From positions 1,479 to 65,478 of the forward strand of contig CAIRTQ010000094.1 in assembly GCA_903881545.1 (NCBI GenBank): a DNA stretch of 64,000 bases. The letters run 5' to 3'. The translations under genes and the position numbers were made by a program. Within the stretch, counting starts at the first letter, position 1, and every line of letters begins with the position of its first letter. The stretch comes from an uncultured Elusimicrobia bacterium (GTDB lineage Bacteria; Elusimicrobiota; Elusimicrobia; UBA1565; UBA9628). Under the pieces are notes generated by a model that was not told the origin of the DNA, did not search any database, and saw only the letters and a list, made by a program, of their open reading frames with translations. Positions 30,964-40,039 of the stretch are shown in pieces.

Positions 30964-31557
30964 TCAGCCGAGGCAGAGCGATACTAAGGTGTAGATGCCC
31001 AGCCCCGTGAAGATGAGGCCGCCGATTCCGCGGATGACCTTGAGCGGCAGGAATCTCTGGAGCATCCTTCCCCCGTAGGCGCCCAGCACGGTGACGCACA
31101 CGAGCGCGGCGCTCGATGCGGCGAAGACTTGGTAGGGCTGGTGGGTCTTGGCGGCTAAGTTGGCAGCCTGGATCTGGGTGAGGTCGCCGAATTCGCCGAT
31201 GAAGATGATCCCAAAGGCGGTGGCGATTTCTCTCCAGCGCCCGGCGGCATGCTCGGGCTCGGCCTCGCGCGCGCCTTCGGCTTCCTCCCTTTCTTCGGGC
31301 ACGAAGAAGAGATAGGCCGCACCTCCCAGGAACAACAGTCCGACGATGGTGTCCTTGATGTGGCCGGGCAGCAGGGTGAGCAGGCCGCCTGCGGTAACGG
31401 CGATGGCCATATGCACGATGAAAGCGCTCGATGCGCCGAGGATCACCGAGGATGGCCGGGCGCGCGTGCTCATGACGATGGTGGCGATCATCGTCTTGTC
31501 GGGAAGTTCGAGCAGGAACATCAGGGCGAAGATACCCAGCATGGCCCCGATGTTCAT
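30964..31557 (-). CDS. UPF0016/GDT1-family membrane protein (putative Mn2+/Ca2+:H+ transporter)
   Basis: 197 aa with two E-x-G-D-(K/L)-T-like motifs (ELPDKT, EFGDLTQ) in a duplicated 3-TM architecture. Confidence 0.7.
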   Translation of the reverse strand: MNIGAMLGIFALMFLLELPDKTMIATIVMSTRARPSSVILGASSAFIVHMAIAVTAGGLLTLLPGHIKDTIVGLLFLGGAAYLFFVPEEREEAEGAREAEPEHAAGRWREIATAFGIIFIGEFGDLTQIQAANLAAKTHQPYQVFAASSAALVCVTVLGAYGGRMLQRFLPLKVIRGIGGLIFTGLGIYTLVSLCLG

Positions 31558-31582
31558 CCTGTCCCCCTAAGACCGCCTACGG

Positions 31583-32725
31583 CTATCGGTTGACGTGCAC
31601 GACCTTCGCCGGCGGGAATCCGTTGAAGTGCGTGGACGAGGCGTGGCTGTAGGCCCCGATGTCCGGGCTGTAGAGCAACTCTCCGAGCTCTAAGTCCTCG
31701 GGCAGGTTCTCCGCCATGGAGATCACATCCAGCGCGTCGCAGGTTGGCCCGAACACCGAGCAGATTTGTTCCCGCCCCTTGCGGAACGCCTTCATGTGGT
31801 AGTGGCAATGGTCGAAGATGATGCCGGAGTAGGTGTGGTACACCCCGTCGTTGACGTAGTAGCAGAGCTTGCCGTCGCGCACCGCCTTGCCGATGATCTT
31901 CACCACCGAGGTCCCCGCGGTCGCGATCATGAACCGGCCGGGCTCGGCCAGGATCTCGATGTCCGGCGGGAACAGCCGGTCCAGCTCCTTGTTGATGGTC
32001 CGGGCCAAGTCGCGGAACGGCTTGACGGTGTTGTCGTACGGGGCCGGGAATCCCCCCCCGATGTCGAGCAGGTTCATCTTGTTGTAGCCGCGCTCGCGCG
32101 TCTCCTTGAAAATGTTGGCCGCCAGGTTGATGGCCTGGACGTAGTTCTCGAAGTTCGTGGTCTGGCTGCCCACGTGGAAGCTCAGGCCCTCCACGACCAG
32201 CCCGGCCTTCACCGCCGCGAGGATGAGGTCCACGGCCTCGCCCGGCGCGGCGCCGAACTTGGAGGACAGCTCCACCATGGCGCCCGTGTTGGCCACCTTC
32301 AGGCGCAGGGCGAGTCCCGCGTGCGGCGCGTGCTTCTTGATCTTGCGGACCTCTTCGATGTTGTCGAAGGTCACCAGGGGGCGGTACTGGTCGAGCTGCT
32401 CCAGGGTCTCGGTGGCCTTGATCGGGTTGGCGTAGATGATCTTGTCCCAGATGTAGTCCTGGCGCCGGCGCGCGGACAGGTTCTTGATGTTCTCATGGAC
32501 GATGAGGAACTCCGGGAAGGAGGCCACATCGAAGCTCGCCCCCGCCTTGTACAGCGTCTCCACGATCTCGGGCAGGGGTTCGGCCTTGACCGCGTAGTAG
32601 GCCTGCACCCGCGGCAGGTGCTTCTTGAACTCCGCGTAGTTGCGGCGGATCTGGTCGTGGTCCACCACGAAGAGCGGCGTGCCGTGCCGCGCGGCGAGCT
32701 TCTGCAGGCGGTTGAGCGGTAGCAA
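31583..32725 (-). CDS. Type III PLP-dependent decarboxylase, ornithine/lysine decarboxylase-like
   Basis: 380 aa from a TTG start preceded by GGAGGA and a 6-nt spacer. Motifs FHVGSQ, DIGGGFP and GPTCDALD. Confidence 0.8.
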   Translation of the reverse strand: MLPLNRLQKLAARHGTPLFVVDHDQIRRNYAEFKKHLPRVQAYYAVKAEPLPEIVETLYKAGASFDVASFPEFLIVHENIKNLSARRRQDYIWDKIIYANPIKATETLEQLDQYRPLVTFDNIEEVRKIKKHAPHAGLALRLKVANTGAMVELSSKFGAAPGEAVDLILAAVKAGLVVEGLSFHVGSQTTNFENYVQAINLAANIFKETRERGYNKMNLLDIGGGFPAPYDNTVKPFRDLARTINKELDRLFPPDIEILAEPGRFMIATAGTSVVKIIGKAVRDGKLCYYVNDGVYHTYSGIIFDHCHYHMKAFRKGREQICSVFGPTCDALDVISMAENLPEDLELGELLYSPDIGAYSHASSTHFNGFPPAKVVHVNR

Positions 32726-32748
32726 GGTTTTCCTCCGGGCGCGGTGGA

Positions 32749-34206
32749 TTAGTCTCCGTCCGTGATCAGGAAGTTCGTGAACTGCCAGGGATCCTTCCTG
32801 TCGACGGCCGGGTTGTTGAAGCCGTGGAACGCGTTGGTGTAATGCTCCAGCGGCGTCCAGGACGAGGGCGTCGAGATGAACTTGCCCAGGTACGGCTTGG
32901 CGGTCTTCAGGATGGGCTCGTGGGGCAGGTCGTCGGGCACCAGCACGCCCCGGCTCGGGTTCTCGATCATCCAGAGGGAGGCGGCGACCACCGAGATGGC
33001 GACCTGCATGGTGGTGGCGTTCTGGTGCGGGACCAGGCGGCGGGACTCCGCGATGCTGAGGTCGCTGCCCACCCACCAGGAGTTGTAGGGATGGCCCATG
33101 ATCAGCGCGCCGAGGACGTCGGATCCGGTCGTGATCTCGTCGGTCATGATGCGCAGCTTGGGCTGCAGGCGGTAGTCGTCGCCGCGCAGCTCGTTGAGCG
33201 AGACGATGGCCGCGTCGCTGGGGCAGTAAGCATAGTGCACCGTAGGGCGGTACACGGCCTTGCCGCCCTTCCACACCGTCAGCTTGTCGGAGATGGTGAA
33301 GGCCTCGCCGTGGCGCACCACCATGCCGTGGATGCAGTAGTTCGGCACCCAGGAGCAGACCCAGGTGTTGATGCCCATGCGCGCCAGGCAGATCTGGTTG
33401 CGCGGGCCTTGCTTGTGCTCGAAGGCATAGGGCGGGAGCTTCTTCTCGTGCGTGCCCCAGCCCAGCTCCGCCGTGGTGGTGCCTTCCTCGCGGAAGCCCT
33501 CGATGCTCCAGGTGTTGACGAACTCGTTGACGCGCTTGGGCTGGTCGGAGATCTGCGTGTCGCGCTCGCTGCAGTGGATGACCTTGACGCCCAACTGCAT
33601 GGCGAGCCGGTTGAAGGTCCGGTCCTTGATGAGCTGGCGCAGCTCATCGGCGGCCCGGCCCTTGACCTTCTTCTCCGCGAGGAGGCGCTCGCCGATGGCG
33701 ATGAGCCCGTACTTGGTGAAGTGCGAGATCAGGCCGGGGTTGGCGCCGTGCTCGAGCACGGCAGTCGGTCCGGGGCGGTCCCACTTGGCGATGAGGCGCC
33801 GGACTTTCATGTGCCGCCAGTAGAGGGTACGCTCGGTGGGATGCTTGTTCAAGGCGCCGGCGTAGGGGTCCCAGACCTCGGTGGAGGTGTTGATGTAGAG
33901 CACGCCGCGGTCGTGGCACCACTGCAGGAGCTCCTCGCAGTCGATGTTCCAGGCCAGGTCGATGAGCAGGTCGCCGGCGGCGAGATGCTTCTTCAGCACG
34001 GAGCCGAGGTTGGCGCGCGTGATGCGCTGGCGCACGAAGCGCACGCCCTTGGCGGTGAAGGGCTTAAGGGCCTGCCGGCGGTCCTCGAAGTCCATGACGG
34101 TGATGTTGCGCGCCGGGACCTTCAGGAGCTTGAGCAGGATGGGCAGGGCGCATTGGGCCACGGCGCCGTAGCCCAGGAACAGAACCTTGTTGTCGAATTC
34201 GATCAT
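32749..34206 (-). CDS. Homospermidine synthase-like enzyme (saccharopine dehydrogenase NAD-binding family)
   Basis: 485 aa from the ATG (MIEFDNKVLFLGYGAVAQ) with an AAGAGGA Shine-Dalgarno. Size and N-terminal Rossmann motif are consistent with bacterial HSS. Carboxynorspermidine dehydrogenase is not excluded. Confidence 0.6.
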   Translation of the reverse strand: MIEFDNKVLFLGYGAVAQCALPILLKLLKVPARNITVMDFEDRRQALKPFTAKGVRFVRQRITRANLGSVLKKHLAAGDLLIDLAWNIDCEELLQWCHDRGVLYINTSTEVWDPYAGALNKHPTERTLYWRHMKVRRLIAKWDRPGPTAVLEHGANPGLISHFTKYGLIAIGERLLAEKKVKGRAADELRQLIKDRTFNRLAMQLGVKVIHCSERDTQISDQPKRVNEFVNTWSIEGFREEGTTTAELGWGTHEKKLPPYAFEHKQGPRNQICLARMGINTWVCSWVPNYCIHGMVVRHGEAFTISDKLTVWKGGKAVYRPTVHYAYCPSDAAIVSLNELRGDDYRLQPKLRIMTDEITTGSDVLGALIMGHPYNSWWVGSDLSIAESRRLVPHQNATTMQVAISVVAASLWMIENPSRGVLVPDDLPHEPILKTAKPYLGKFISTPSSWTPLEHYTNAFHGFNNPAVDRKDPWQFTNFLITDGD

Positions 34207-34444
34207 TTCAATCCTCTTGCCGGCCTCGTGGGAATTTGGGCTCATGAATAATAGCATGATTGAGGCGCGAGGGAAAACCGCGCATCAAATCATATGAAAC
34301 ATTAAGAGTGTCCCTAAGTCGTACGTGGCGTGGTTTTTGTACGCCCGCTCGCCGATGTTGGCGAGCGGAACCGGAGGCCGAAGGCCGACGGAGCTGTGGC
34401 CGTCATTTGGATACGCTCCCGGCTTCGTTTCCGGGATATATCAA

Positions 34445-34516
34445 GTTATCTCCGACCTTATCTCCGACCTTATCTCCGACCTTATCTCCGACCTTATCTC
34501 CGACCTTCTCCCGCGC
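34445..34516. repeat. 12-nt direct tandem repeat (C/G)TTATCTCCGAC x5 plus a degenerate 6th unit
   Basis: Read directly from the sequence: gttatctccgac followed by four copies of cttatctccgac, then cttctcccgcgc. On the minus strand it encodes (KVGD)n. Confidence 0.85.
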
Positions 34517-34660
34517 CTTTAACGAACGCTCTGGCGAGCGATGAAACACGGCTCGGAAAAATCCGTTCGCTTCGAACTCAGGCGCCTTGAGCCCCGCCTC
34601 GGCCATGGCGTCCTTCATCCGCTTCATGCGCTGCGCCACTTTATGAAAGAGTTGCTGACA
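34445..34660 (-). pseudogene. Remnant of a RecG-like/AlbA_2-HATPase_c_4 'putative transcriptional regulator' gene (C-terminal fragment only)
   Basis: Minus-strand frame encodes ...AQRMKRMKDAMAEAGLKAPEFEANGFFRAVFHRS followed by the (KVGD)5 repeat. The GL.xPEFE...F.V.F.R motif matches the C-terminal region of this regulator family. No N-terminal ATPase part is present. Confidence 0.35.
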
Positions 34661-34792
34661 CCTTGCTGCGACATAGGCACAAGAGCGCAGCTGGGGCTTG
34701 CGGGGAGCAGCCGCTTAGGTGCATTCCGCTAACAGTACAAGCTGCATCTTTCGTCGAGAGAGTTGGTTTCAGGGCCGACTTGTTGGCGCAAA

Positions 34793-37700
34793 CTACTCCT
34801 TCTCAAACCCATGATTTTCGAACTTGAGGGTACGGCAATTCTCGGTGACGGTACGGACTACATGGTCTGGAACACCGAATGGGATATTCGCCTCGACCTC
34901 CAGGGTGACCTTGACCTCGGAGCCCACGATCCCGGCGAGGTGCGCGATAACCTCGTCGGCAATGCGGCCGGCGTCGCGGCCGACCCGCGTTGTTTCAAGC
35001 GTTACGCTCCCATGGAAACGCTTCGGTGGCGCCGCCACTACAGCAACCTTGGCGCTGGGAGTGCTGCTTCCCGACACCGCGATTGATGGGCCGCCGGACC
35101 CATTGGAAGGTTTCGCCGCCTCGTCCGGCGCTTGAGGGGCTTCGACTGCCAGTTGACGTTGGGCAGCATCTGGACGTACTATCAGGCCCAATGGACTGTC
35201 CTCGGCAATCCAGATGTGTTGACCGAAACGGAGACCACGATAACGGCCTGCGGTTTCGTCAAAACTCTCGGCATAAGCGAAAGAGTCTTGCATCCAGGTC
35301 AACAGAGCAAGGCCGCTCAAGATCGCATCGATGAGAACGGCTGAATCCTTTAGCCGCGGTAGATAGAGATACCGAGCGAAGTCCTCAGCTAATTGCTGGA
35401 TCGCCACATGATCCCCGCCGGCCTGTGCCGTATCCCGCGATGCGGCTGGCGCGCGCCACAGAGGGACCTGATCCAATTCCAATCGCAACCGGCTGGCCGC
35501 TAGCCCCGTAATCAAGAGTTCATCTTTACACAGCTTCTTGCTTGCACGAACCGCCAACGCATCCTGGCCTGTAAGACGGAAGGACTGCCATTCGACTGGT
35601 CCTTGTGGGGTTGCCTGTGTAGGCACAATCAACCACTGGTAGGTTTCTGGCAATCGGGCCGCAACCGCGCTGCTGGCGTTTTCCTTCTGTGCTACAGCCT
35701 GCTTGCTCTGGTGTGGGTCAAGATTGAGCGTTTCCGCTTCGTCGACGATGGAGGACCACGCCAGAAATCGGCGGATGGCCTCGTCCAGGTCTTGAAGCCG
35801 GTTTTTATCGGGCGCGAGAAAAACCAGGGCGTTACGGTAGATGCGCGGAGCGGTCCCGCGATTCTGCACCATCTCTTTCGCGGCCGCGATGGCCGGGCTC
35901 TCCGTGTCCTTAGTGTGCGGATACTCAATGCCGAATACGACCAGCCGAGCGTCCTTATCATCAGGCACGTCACCCGATGTCTTCGGCAATGGATGGATGC
36001 GGCTGAAGTCTCCGGCCTTGCGCAAATCATTGCGGAGCCACTTGCCGACTTCTTCCGCCACGGCATCCGGGTCCGACTTGAGTTGCTCGGCTCGGTCATC
36101 GGCCAGTTTCGTCACCGTCGGCTGTGTCGAATACCAATAGCGAGCAGAATCCTGGTAAAGAAAGGTTGCGGCACCGGCGAGCCGGCGCAAAGCATCGCCG
36201 AAGATGGCCGGCGACTCACCCGGCATCACGCAGCCCAACTTAATCCACCTGTCCTCCAGGCCCTTGTGGGCCGCCTTGGCTGTTGGGGCCGAACCAAGAT
36301 AGACTGTTCGCGCCACACGGCGGCAGGCGGAGTACTTGCCGAGGTTCGGCGTTTCCGCGTCAATGCGCAGCGGAACCGAGTTGGGGCCATCCACATCCTT
36401 TTCGATCACCGGCACCCAGTTGTCGGAGAGATAGCGGGTCAATTCGAACTGCACGCGAGGGTCGTCAATCGGGATATTTGAAGGCAGGATCAACGGACTG
36501 CGGTCGCCTTTCTCCCAGAGGCTGTGGATCACGGTGGCCATCAGACGCAGGACGCCCCGGGTGCGCTGGAACTTCACCAGCGTGGACCAGTCGTTGTACA
36601 GCCGATCAAAGACCTCTGGATGAATAGGATAGGCGGCCTTCAGCCGCCTCTCGTAGTCGCTATCGTGGCACTCCGGTGGAAACTCCGCCTGCTGGGTGCG
36701 ATAGAGGTCGAAGAACGCCTTTGCCACGGTGTCGCGGGCGACAAACTGGTCCTGCTCGATCAAGGGCTCGAACAGCCGCCGGCGCACGATCTCGAACCCC
36801 TCTTCGGCGCTGGCCGGCCGCCAAGATGCTTCCACGCGGCCAATCGAATTGCGCAGGCGGTCAAGCGCGGCCCGGCCGCGCTCACCGCCCACCTCTATGT
36901 CATCGGCCTGCGCGTGTGGCGACCCGGTCGTATCGGACGCCGGCAGACTAACCACCAGCAAGCACTGCTTCGCAAGCTTGGCGGATTCCGTGAGCGCCTG
37001 GGCGAAGGTGAAGTGCGTCTCGAAGTTGCCGCCTGGCAGGTCGCCCTGATCGTGGAGTTGGCGGGCGTAGGCTACCCATTCGTCAATGAGGATCAGGCAC
37101 GGACCGTAGTCGTTGAACAGGGCACGCAGTGCATCCCCGGGATTCGTGGCTCTCTCATCGTCCGCCTGAATGCGCTTAAAAGCCTTCTTAGCTTCTTTCT
37201 CACCGCCAGCCGAGTAGCCGAGCTGCCAAGCGATTTCCCCCCACAAGGTGCGGATCACGGTTCCGCCTGGCTTGGTCACCGGGTTGCCGGGGGAAATCTT
37301 GTTGCCCACCAAAACAACTCGATTGACCTTCGGCAGCTTGGTCACTTCGGCGTGCTGGAGGACCGAGTCCACACCAAGAAGCTCTCCGGGCGCGATGCCG
37401 GAGAAGAGGTGATAGAGGGCCAGCATGGAATGGGTTTTGCCCCCCCCGAAGTTCGTCTGGAGCTGAACGACCGGATCGCCACCCATGCCGCTAAGCCTCT
37501 GGGCGGCACTGGCCAGCAAGCCCCGCAAACTTTCCGTGAGGTAGGTGCGGCGGAAGAATTCCTTCGGTTTGCGGTACTCGTCCGAACCTTCGCCTAAATG
37601 AACCTGCCATAGGTCGGCGGCGAACTCCGCCTGCTGATACTTCCCGCTGGCCACGTCCTTGTGGGGACTCGCAACCTCCTTCCAAGGTTTAAGCCCGGCT

Positions 37701-38194
37701 TGCGCCTGTGTCTCGATGGTTGTGCTGGCGCTCTTGCGCTTTTCCGTGCGCACTTGCTCGTCGAAGCGTACGCGGAGCAATTCCATCTTCATCTTTTCGA
37801 CTTCGTCCGCCTCCGGTGCGGATACGGAAGCCAGAAGCCGGGCGGCGCTGTCCAGGGCGCGGTAGGCGTCGTCGGTGCTGAAGGGCCGCTGATGCGCCCA
37901 GCGATTGCGGGTTTCCCGCAACTCGCTGACTAGCGTGCGTTCGGCCTGCCCCAAGGTTTTGCGGAAAACATCGTTCCACTGGTTCCACATCGTAACGAGG
38001 ATGGCGGATGCATCCCACTGCGGCGCCTCCGGGGTTCCTAGGAGTTGAAGCTGGGAATCGGCGAGGGTGCGCTTTGTGTCAGCGAACCAGTTCGGCGGAT
38101 TGGTGTTTTTTAGCTCGCGCTCGACGAAGGGTTTTAGGCCTGACGACAGCAACTCCAACATCTTGCCGACGCGTTCGTGATTGGTAATGGCCAT
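34793..38194 (-). CDS. DUF499-family P-loop ATPase (BrxC/PglY/HmaC-like) with an N-terminal Swt1-like HEPN domain
   Basis: 1133 aa. The N-terminal ~130 aa carry a HEPN R-x4-H motif (RNRWAHQ). Walker A (NFGGGKTHS) and Walker B (CLILIDEWVAY). Size and architecture fit DUF499 defence ATPases. Confidence 0.8.
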   Translation of the reverse strand: MAITNHERVGKMLELLSSGLKPFVERELKNTNPPNWFADTKRTLADSQLQLLGTPEAPQWDASAILVTMWNQWNDVFRKTLGQAERTLVSELRETRNRWAHQRPFSTDDAYRALDSAARLLASVSAPEADEVEKMKMELLRVRFDEQVRTEKRKSASTTIETQAQAGLKPWKEVASPHKDVASGKYQQAEFAADLWQVHLGEGSDEYRKPKEFFRRTYLTESLRGLLASAAQRLSGMGGDPVVQLQTNFGGGKTHSMLALYHLFSGIAPGELLGVDSVLQHAEVTKLPKVNRVVLVGNKISPGNPVTKPGGTVIRTLWGEIAWQLGYSAGGEKEAKKAFKRIQADDERATNPGDALRALFNDYGPCLILIDEWVAYARQLHDQGDLPGGNFETHFTFAQALTESAKLAKQCLLVVSLPASDTTGSPHAQADDIEVGGERGRAALDRLRNSIGRVEASWRPASAEEGFEIVRRRLFEPLIEQDQFVARDTVAKAFFDLYRTQQAEFPPECHDSDYERRLKAAYPIHPEVFDRLYNDWSTLVKFQRTRGVLRLMATVIHSLWEKGDRSPLILPSNIPIDDPRVQFELTRYLSDNWVPVIEKDVDGPNSVPLRIDAETPNLGKYSACRRVARTVYLGSAPTAKAAHKGLEDRWIKLGCVMPGESPAIFGDALRRLAGAATFLYQDSARYWYSTQPTVTKLADDRAEQLKSDPDAVAEEVGKWLRNDLRKAGDFSRIHPLPKTSGDVPDDKDARLVVFGIEYPHTKDTESPAIAAAKEMVQNRGTAPRIYRNALVFLAPDKNRLQDLDEAIRRFLAWSSIVDEAETLNLDPHQSKQAVAQKENASSAVAARLPETYQWLIVPTQATPQGPVEWQSFRLTGQDALAVRASKKLCKDELLITGLAASRLRLELDQVPLWRAPAASRDTAQAGGDHVAIQQLAEDFARYLYLPRLKDSAVLIDAILSGLALLTWMQDSFAYAESFDETAGRYRGLRFGQHIWIAEDSPLGLIVRPDAAQRQLAVEAPQAPDEAAKPSNGSGGPSIAVSGSSTPSAKVAVVAAPPKRFHGSVTLETTRVGRDAGRIADEVIAHLAGIVGSEVKVTLEVEANIPFGVPDHVVRTVTENCRTLKFENHGFEKE

Positions 38195-38197
38195 GGA

Positions 38198-40027
38198 TTA
38201 CTCCGTTTGGGACAGCTTTGGCGTGTCCAACACCACAATGTCCTTAAAGTGTTCCGCCAGCCGATCTAACTTCTCGGCCACTTCAGGAGGCAAGTCGCTG
38301 GATGCGACGTCCTCGATCATTTGGCAATATTCGCCCTTTCGCAGAAGGACTGGCTGCTTTTGCCGCCGCGCGAACTCCTCGAACACGCCTTCGGCGAATT
38401 CGCTCATCTTGAGGTTACTGAGTAATGTCTTCTGCAAGCTGGCACTGGCCGTCTTATACTCGTCAAGCTGCTGGCGATCTCCAGCAAACACCTTCTTCAG
38501 AAGATGCTCATCCAGCACCTCCTGCATCGTTTTGACGTTCGACTCGGTGAACAAACCGCCTTCCTGATCGAAGACGCCGACAACAAATTTCAGAATGAGA
38601 TCAGGAGTAATATAGTAATTCTCAATCTCATAGCGTTGCCAATAAAGGATATCCAGGCCCTCCCCGCTTTCATCAGACAAGTCCCGCGCATCCTTGTCCA
38701 GAATGGCCAATCCCTTAAACTCCGGCACCAGTCCCTTCATGGCATGAAAATGGCGCTTAATGTTTTCCTGGAATGCCCCGCCCAGCCGATCTAGTTGATT
38801 GTCGAGCGTGTCGGCGGGCCCGACATTACGCGTGTAGTAGTAGTTGATGCGCCCCGCGAGCACCCCTGACGCAGGATGTTTAAGCTTCGCCGCGAGCGCC
38901 TTGAGCGTGTCAAAATCCGTGGATCCTTCGATATAGAGGATTCGGGGACACACTCGCGCTTTGTAGTAATGCTCGACCCCGAATGTCCGCAACGAGTTTC
39001 GCACGTTCTGCATCGTTGCAAGGTCGGCGGCCGTCCCATTAATAAGCAACGTCAGGTTGGTCTCGATCGCGTCGTCCAGAATGACTTCCGAATGTGTGGC
39101 CACCACAACTTGACTATTGTTCTCCGCCGCCACGTCCTTAAGCATCTCATAAACTTGTTTCTGCCGTAAAACTTCGAGATGAGCATCCGGTTCGTCAATC
39201 AGAAGCACGCTGCCCTTATTTGTGTAGAGATAGGAAAGGATCAACAGCATTTGCTGGAACCCACGCCCTGCCAGCGCGATGTCCATGTCGGCGTCAGTAT
39301 CTGGCTGGCTATAGCGCACGACCAATTCGCCGCGCTTCTCGTCTAGGCGTGGTCTGCCGAGCGCAACACCGAACAGTTTCTGGATCAGACGACCGATGCG
39401 GTCCCAATCTTCTGTTCTCTTTTCCTTGTCGTTCTCAACGACCTTGAAGCAGAGGTTGCGGAGCACCTGCGCCGTCTGGCCTTGCCCCAGCAGGACGTTA
39501 ACGCGGCCCTCGGGCACGAGGGTTTCGACCGGCTCAATTCCTGACATCGGGTAGAGCAAATGAAATGGGATGCTGCTCGCATGCGCAATTAGAGCATCGT
39601 CCTTCAGCGTCTCCTCACACGGCCGGCAGTAAAGGACCTCGCTGTCACGCACGGTAAACTCCATGCGACAGTCCTTGACCAGTCCGCCGTGCTCGACGCC
39701 CACATTGACCGTCAAGCGAATGGAGGCATTGTCCTTCCGCACCCGCATTCGGTTCCACAAAAAGCGATTCTCGGAGACCGGCACCTCAAGGATGCTCAGC
39801 CGGTTGATGCCTGCTGCGACCCGCTCTCTCTTTTCCTTCTGCCGAGGCCGGCCCTTGCGCTCGTACCATGCCTGCACGCCGCGGCTCCATAGGGCGAGGG
39901 CCTGGATCACGCTGGTTTTCCCGGCATTGTTTGGTCCGATCAGTACGGCAGGATGTCCCAGGTCCACATGAATTTTCCCACCAAATATCTTAAAGTTCTC
40001 GATTTCGACATAACGAATGCCTCGCAT
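38198..40027 (-). CDS. ABC-type (AAA_15/AAA_21, OLD-family-like) ATPase fused to a C-terminal DUF4435/TOPRIM-like domain (single-polypeptide PARIS AriA-AriB-like)
   Basis: 609 aa with Walker A (GPNNAGKTS), Walker B (VLLIDEPDAHLE) and H-loop (VVVATHS). The C-terminal ~200 aa carry YIEGSTDFD and DKDARD motifs resembling DUF4435 (YVEG ... DRD). Confidence 0.7.
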   Translation of the reverse strand: MRGIRYVEIENFKIFGGKIHVDLGHPAVLIGPNNAGKTSVIQALALWSRGVQAWYERKGRPRQKEKRERVAAGINRLSILEVPVSENRFLWNRMRVRKDNASIRLTVNVGVEHGGLVKDCRMEFTVRDSEVLYCRPCEETLKDDALIAHASSIPFHLLYPMSGIEPVETLVPEGRVNVLLGQGQTAQVLRNLCFKVVENDKEKRTEDWDRIGRLIQKLFGVALGRPRLDEKRGELVVRYSQPDTDADMDIALAGRGFQQMLLILSYLYTNKGSVLLIDEPDAHLEVLRQKQVYEMLKDVAAENNSQVVVATHSEVILDDAIETNLTLLINGTAADLATMQNVRNSLRTFGVEHYYKARVCPRILYIEGSTDFDTLKALAAKLKHPASGVLAGRINYYYTRNVGPADTLDNQLDRLGGAFQENIKRHFHAMKGLVPEFKGLAILDKDARDLSDESGEGLDILYWQRYEIENYYITPDLILKFVVGVFDQEGGLFTESNVKTMQEVLDEHLLKKVFAGDRQQLDEYKTASASLQKTLLSNLKMSEFAEGVFEEFARRQKQPVLLRKGEYCQMIEDVASSDLPPEVAEKLDRLAEHFKDIVVLDTPKLSQTE

Positions 40028-40039
40028 AGCTTTACCCCT

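Noticed and set aside
34445-34516. Tandem 12-nt repeat considered as a CRISPR array
   Set aside because: Repeat units are contiguous with no spacers, are only 12 nt long, and no cas genes are present. It is a minisatellite coding a peptide repeat in a gene remnant.
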